64,000 bases of DNA, taken from Rhizaria sp. SCN 62-66 (lineage: Eukaryota). The position numbers were made by a program, and so were the translations under genes. Position 1 is the first letter of the stretch. Each line of letters begins with the position of its first letter. Location: contig MEDY01000096.1 in the NCBI GenBank assembly GCA_001724265.1, positions 1 through 64,000 of the forward strand. Reading direction: 5' to 3'. Below are positions 59,347 to 64,000 of the stretch, piece by piece. Under the pieces are notes generated by a model. That model had not been told where the DNA came from, did not search any database, and saw only the letters and a list, made by a program, of their open reading frames with translations.

Positions 59347-62300
59347 ATGTCGTCCGAACTCACCCCGCACGGGCTGTCCCGCGCCTCGCTGAACTACGAG
59401 GAAGACATCACCCGCTTTCGCGCCTCGCTGGACTCTCTGTACGCGCTGCACGCGAGCTACGAGGGCGTGCAGTCGACCCTCGCGACGCTGCCCGACAAAC
59501 TCTCCCACGACGTCCTCGTTCCACTCGGGCCCAAGGCCTTCGTCCCGGGCCGCCTGCTGCACCCCTCCGAGGTTACCGTGCGGCTTGGCGCGGACCACTA
59601 CGCGCGCATGACGGCTCGCGCCGCCGCCGCGCTGGCGGGCCGCCGCAAGGACGCTGTCGCCGGTCAGATCGAGCAACACCACGCGGGGCTCGCGCGCGCC
59701 GCGGCGCACCTCAAGCAGGCCCGCGAGTGGTTCGCCACCGGCGTCGCCGCCACGGCCTCCGCCGACGCGGGCGCGAGTGGCGGCGCGGGCGCGAATGGTG
59801 CCGCCGGTATCGCAGTGCCGATGGGACTGTTGCCGGAGCAACCCGCCGCCTTCATCAACAACAAGAGGGACAACAATGCCAGCAACAACAAGAGCGGTGC
59901 CAGCGCTGCTGCGGCGGATGGGAGCAAGCCCGAGGTCGGCACACTGGCGCCCAAGCCCTCCGCTGGCGCTGGCGCTGCTGGTGGCCGTGCGATCGCGACG
60001 GCGACTGAGCCTGAGTCTGCGAGCTCTGGCGTGATTGTGACCTCTGCCGATGGGACCAAGTATGCGCTGTCGGTGCAGGGCAAGAACGACGACGGCGACG
60101 ACATTGTTGAGATCACAGAGTTCCTCGACGACGACGACGATGGTAACCACGATGACAACGACGACGACGATTCAGATGATAATGAAGCTGTTCCTATTCG
60201 CCGCACTTCCACTGCGAGCAACGCGACCTCTAGCTCTCGCTCTAACACTAGCTCTAGCTCTAGCTCAAGCAAGATTGGTGCCGGCGCTGCTAGCGGTGGC
60301 GCCGTGTCGCGTGTGACCCTGACCCCGCAAGGCAAGAACGACGACGGGGACGACATCATCGAAATCACGGAGTTTCTCGACGACAACAACAACTACAACA
60401 ACAACGACGACGACGATGAAAACGCGACTGTCACCGACGAATCCCCCGCCCCACGTGTTCCGGACCCACATGTTCCGCTGGGCGAGCACACCGCGCGCGG
60501 CCCGCTGGACCCCGTGACCGGTGCGCCCGCCCTCACCCCGCTGGCGGCGGCGGCGGCGGCGGCGGCGGCGGACCCGCGCGCGAGCGAGATGCAGCGCGCC
60601 TTCTGGGACGGGTTCGCCAGTCAAATCGAGGCCGGCGAGGAGATGCGCCGACGCGAGCTCGAGCTCGAGCGAGAGCAAGAGTTAGCCGAGGCGGAGAAGC
60701 ATGCGGCCTCGTTTGTAACCGCCGAGTCCGCGAAAGAGGCTGCTAAGCCCGCGACCGCGACTGTGACCGCGAGCGCTGAGACCGCCACTGAGAGCACGGA
60801 TGCGACTTCGCTGCGCGACTCGCGGGGCCGCGTCGTGCGCCCCATCCTCTCCAAGTCGCCGGCCAACCCGGCCACGACCGCGACCCCGACCGCCCCCGGC
60901 GAGGCTACAGGAGCGTACATGCCGCCGCGGCAGCGCAGCTACCAATACCACCAGCGCGCTAGGTCTGCCGCCAAGTCTGCCGCCGCGGCCGCCGCGGCGA
61001 GCTACGCGATGGCGGAGCGCACGGCAGACACCACGTGCACTCACGGCCGCAACGTGAGCTTCCACGCCTCGTCCGACCGGGGCGGGCTCAAGAGGGGTAT
61101 CCCCACCAGGTACGCACCGCGATTATGATAACAATCACAGTATATCACTGGTTTTCACCCACTTTCTCTCAGTGATGCAACGAATTCTCACTCAAAATTG
61201 TGTTTGATTTTACTTTAATATGGCTTGTATTCGTTTCTCTTTGTTCCACATCTTGCTCACTCAACTGCTCTTGTGTTTGTTTCCTTCACTTTTTTTTTGT
61301 TTTTTTTTCTTTCTCTCAGGGCTGCGTTCAAGTTGGCCGAGGTTGGTCTGCGCAAGCGCGCGATCAAGGAGGGCAAGCTCTACGGCGAGCTCGAGCTCAC
61401 CGAGGAGGACCGCGCCCACTTCGCCACCGTCGACATCAGTGACAGCGACGAGGCAGACACGGAGCGGAGCAGCAGCGCACAGCGCCCCACTGTGCCCGCG
61501 GGCTTCCTCATCCGCGGCTCTACCCACAATAACAACAACAACAACAACAGCGCAAGTGTCACTGCGAATGCTTCATCTGGCTCTCGTTTTGGTGGTTCTG
61601 CAGTCATTGACACGGACTACTACGACGGGTGCTTCGACGACGCGTCCCCGAGTCGCACGCATAAGTCGCGCGTCCAACACTCTCCGTCTCAGACGCAGAC
61701 CAATAACAACAAGGGCGACAACAACGGCAAGAACGGCAACGACGCCACGGTGGCAAACACCGGCAAGAAGTCCGACGCCCAGGCCACGTCTGCGGCTGCT
61801 GCCGCCGCAGCTGCCCCAACCCACGGTCACCTGGACCCGTCCGGCCGCGCCGCAGTGGCCGTGGGCGGGATCACAGTCAAGTCCACCGGCTTCTCCACCC
61901 CGCCCCGCGGCGACGCCCAGGCCGCCGCCCGTGCCCGCCGCGGCGGCGCGCCTCACGGCAATGGCGACGGCACCAGCGGCCGTAACAACAGCGGCACCAG
62001 CAGCGGCGAGCCCGGGCTGGCGGGGGTCGATCCTGAGGCGTACAGAGCCGTGTCGGCCGCGTTTACTGAGGGCGGCGGCGTCGCGTCGCCGTGGTCCTCC
62101 CCTGAGACCGCAGCGCCGGCCCCCGCATCGGCCTCTGCGTCCGCCTCTGCGTCCGCGTCTGCTGTGGCGGTGCCGATGCCGATGCTAGACCCCGCCGAGG
62201 ACGACGACGATAACGGCGATGGCGACGACGAGGACGCAGGTGCGTATGATAAGGGGCCTGTGACTGCGGCCGAGTTCGATGACTTTGACGACTTTTGGGC

Positions 62301-63882
62301 TCAGCTGGGCAAGATTACCAGCACTGAGAGTGAGCAAGAAAGGGATAAGGGCAAAAACAAGAACAAGAACAAGACCACCAGTGCTACTACGACTACGACT
62401 GAGACTGAGACTGAGACTGCAAGTGACGAGGCTGCTGCGAAGGCCGATACCACAAAGCGTCAAACTGACAAGCATGAACCTGGCAAGACTGGGGCTAAGA
62501 CGGCGACCCCGTCCGAACCCCAGCTGGAGACGAAGAACACCGTCACTGAGTCCACTCCTGCCGCAGAGCTCAAGCCTGAGCCTAAGTCTGGGCTCAAGCC
62601 TGAGGCCAATCCTGAGACTGGGGCTGAGGTTGCGCCTGCCGAGGCAGACGCCGCCACGTCTGAGCCCGAGTCGGCGCCGCCGACGGAGGCCGAGGTCGCT
62701 GCGGCCGCGGCCGCGGGACTGGGCATCGGCGCGGACGAGGCGATGAAGCTGCACGCGCAGGTCATGGCGCGGGCGCGGGCCGCGATGGCTATGGCCACCA
62801 GCGCATTCGGATTCGGCTTTGACGACGAGGACGACGACGACGACTTTTACGGCGACGGCGACGGCGAAGGCGATGACAACGGCGACGATGACGGCACTGG
62901 CAGCGACGCTGATGGCGAGCACGGGGAGATTGAATCCGAAGCAACCGCTCCCAGCCGCGGTGCTGCTGCAGCCGACGACGACGACGTCGTCGAGTTCGGC
63001 TTCGCAAAGTCCCAGGGCGCCAAGCCGTCCAAGCCCAAGCGCGCCGAGTCCAAGTCCGGCGCTGACGGGCCCCTGCTATTCTCCAAGACCAAGTCTCGCC
63101 CCGCTAATGGCGTGTTCCGGGCCGGCCGCGCCGCCGCGGCTGCTGCCTACGAAGCTCTGGGCAGCGCCAACCTGGGGCCCGAGAAGAGCAAGAACAAGAG
63201 CAAAAGTCTCCATGGCGACAACGACGGCGAGGAGGAGGAGGAGGAGGAGAACAGTGACAACATGAGCGGCAGCGACAGCGACGACAAGGACGGTGGCAGC
63301 GGCGGCGTGGACATGCTCGGCGGGCGCTATAAATCCATCTCCCTGTCCGCGATGACGCAGCTGATGGACAAGGCGCGCCGCGACCGCGCGCTCCGTGCCG
63401 CCGGGCTCGACGCCGCGGCGCATGGCACTGACAGCGACGAGGACGACGAGCCGGGCGCCCTAGCCTCGGGCTCCCGCGGCCATGCCCCCGGTCACGGTCG
63501 TGACGCAGCGGACGATGATGACGATGATGAGGCGGAGGAGCGCGAGAGTGCGAGGCCGAAGGTGTCGCTGTTCAAGCTCGCACGTAAGACTGAGACTCAC
63601 AGCACTAATACCGGCAATTCCAAGACGGCTGCGAGCGCTGTTGCGAAGGAGACTGACGCAACCGCGTTCACGAATGTTGTTGCTCGGGAGCGTGCATCCG
63701 CGAACAAGAGCACAGATTCGAAGCCTAGTGTTACAAAGATGGCTGTTACTGAAGCTGCGTCCGCTGCAGATGGCAACACGTCGGATAAGGCGGCTAGAGC
63801 AAAGAGCAAACGCGAGTCAACAGAGCCTGCCGCGTTTGGCGATGGTGTTACTGAGCGCGTGCGCCCGTCACGCCGTCGTTAA
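59347..63882 (+). CDS. URI1: Unconventional prefoldin RPB5 interactor (URI1/Bud27)-like protein (~1441 aa). Exons 59347-61109, 61320-63882
   Basis: Alpha-prefoldin domain TLATLPDKLSHDVLVPLGPKAFVPGRLLHPSEVTVRLGADHYA. DIVEITE motif, acidic tracts and a C-terminal KVSLFKLAR resembling the URI box. Intron 61110-61319. Stop TAA. Confidence 0.85.
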
Positions 63883-64000
63883 GCTACGCCTTATTTTTCG
63901 GCGACTGTCATGTACACTTTATTCCTTGAGTATGACCGCGCACACAAAGAAGTATCTAACTGGTATCAAGAGAAACCCTCCTCTCCATATTAAAATACAC

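Noticed and set aside
805-63809. Hundreds of overlapping antisense and alternate-frame ORFs in the ORF track
   Set aside because: They are shadows of GC-rich, triplet-repeat coding sequence and show no recognisable domains.
12821-63882. Ciliate-type code (both TAA and TAG = Gln)
   Set aside because: TAA terminates LSM3 and CTL at their expected C-termini and also closes URI1 and both giant genes, followed by AT-rich UTRs.

Overview
Gene-dense nuclear DNA from a GC-rich microbial eukaryote, with AT-rich spliceosomal GT-AG introns of about 90-210 nt. The organism is probably flagellated, since it has a tectonic gene and a CFAP97-like gene. I built 12 protein-coding gene models: a giant disordered protein, a CFAP97-like protein, a giant LRR protein, BCDIN3D, a ~1985-aa unknown protein, a choline-transporter-like protein, tectonic, an alpha-kinase, MZT1, LSM3, exportin-7 and URI1/Bud27. 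Main finding: TAG appears to be a sense codon, most likely Gln. Six in-frame TAGs interrupt three genes, two of them inside Gln-rich or poly-Gln tracts. All 12 genes end in TAA or TGA and none in TAG. This fits a rare nuclear genetic code with UAG decoupled from UAA. Also seen: two short DNA motifs dispersed through exons regardless of frame and strand (a TCTAAGTACCCCCTTAGA hairpin and GTGACCGTGRGC), a GTACG-dominated 5' splice site, and widespread low-complexity expansion of conserved proteins. Family assignments come from motif recognition, not database searches.
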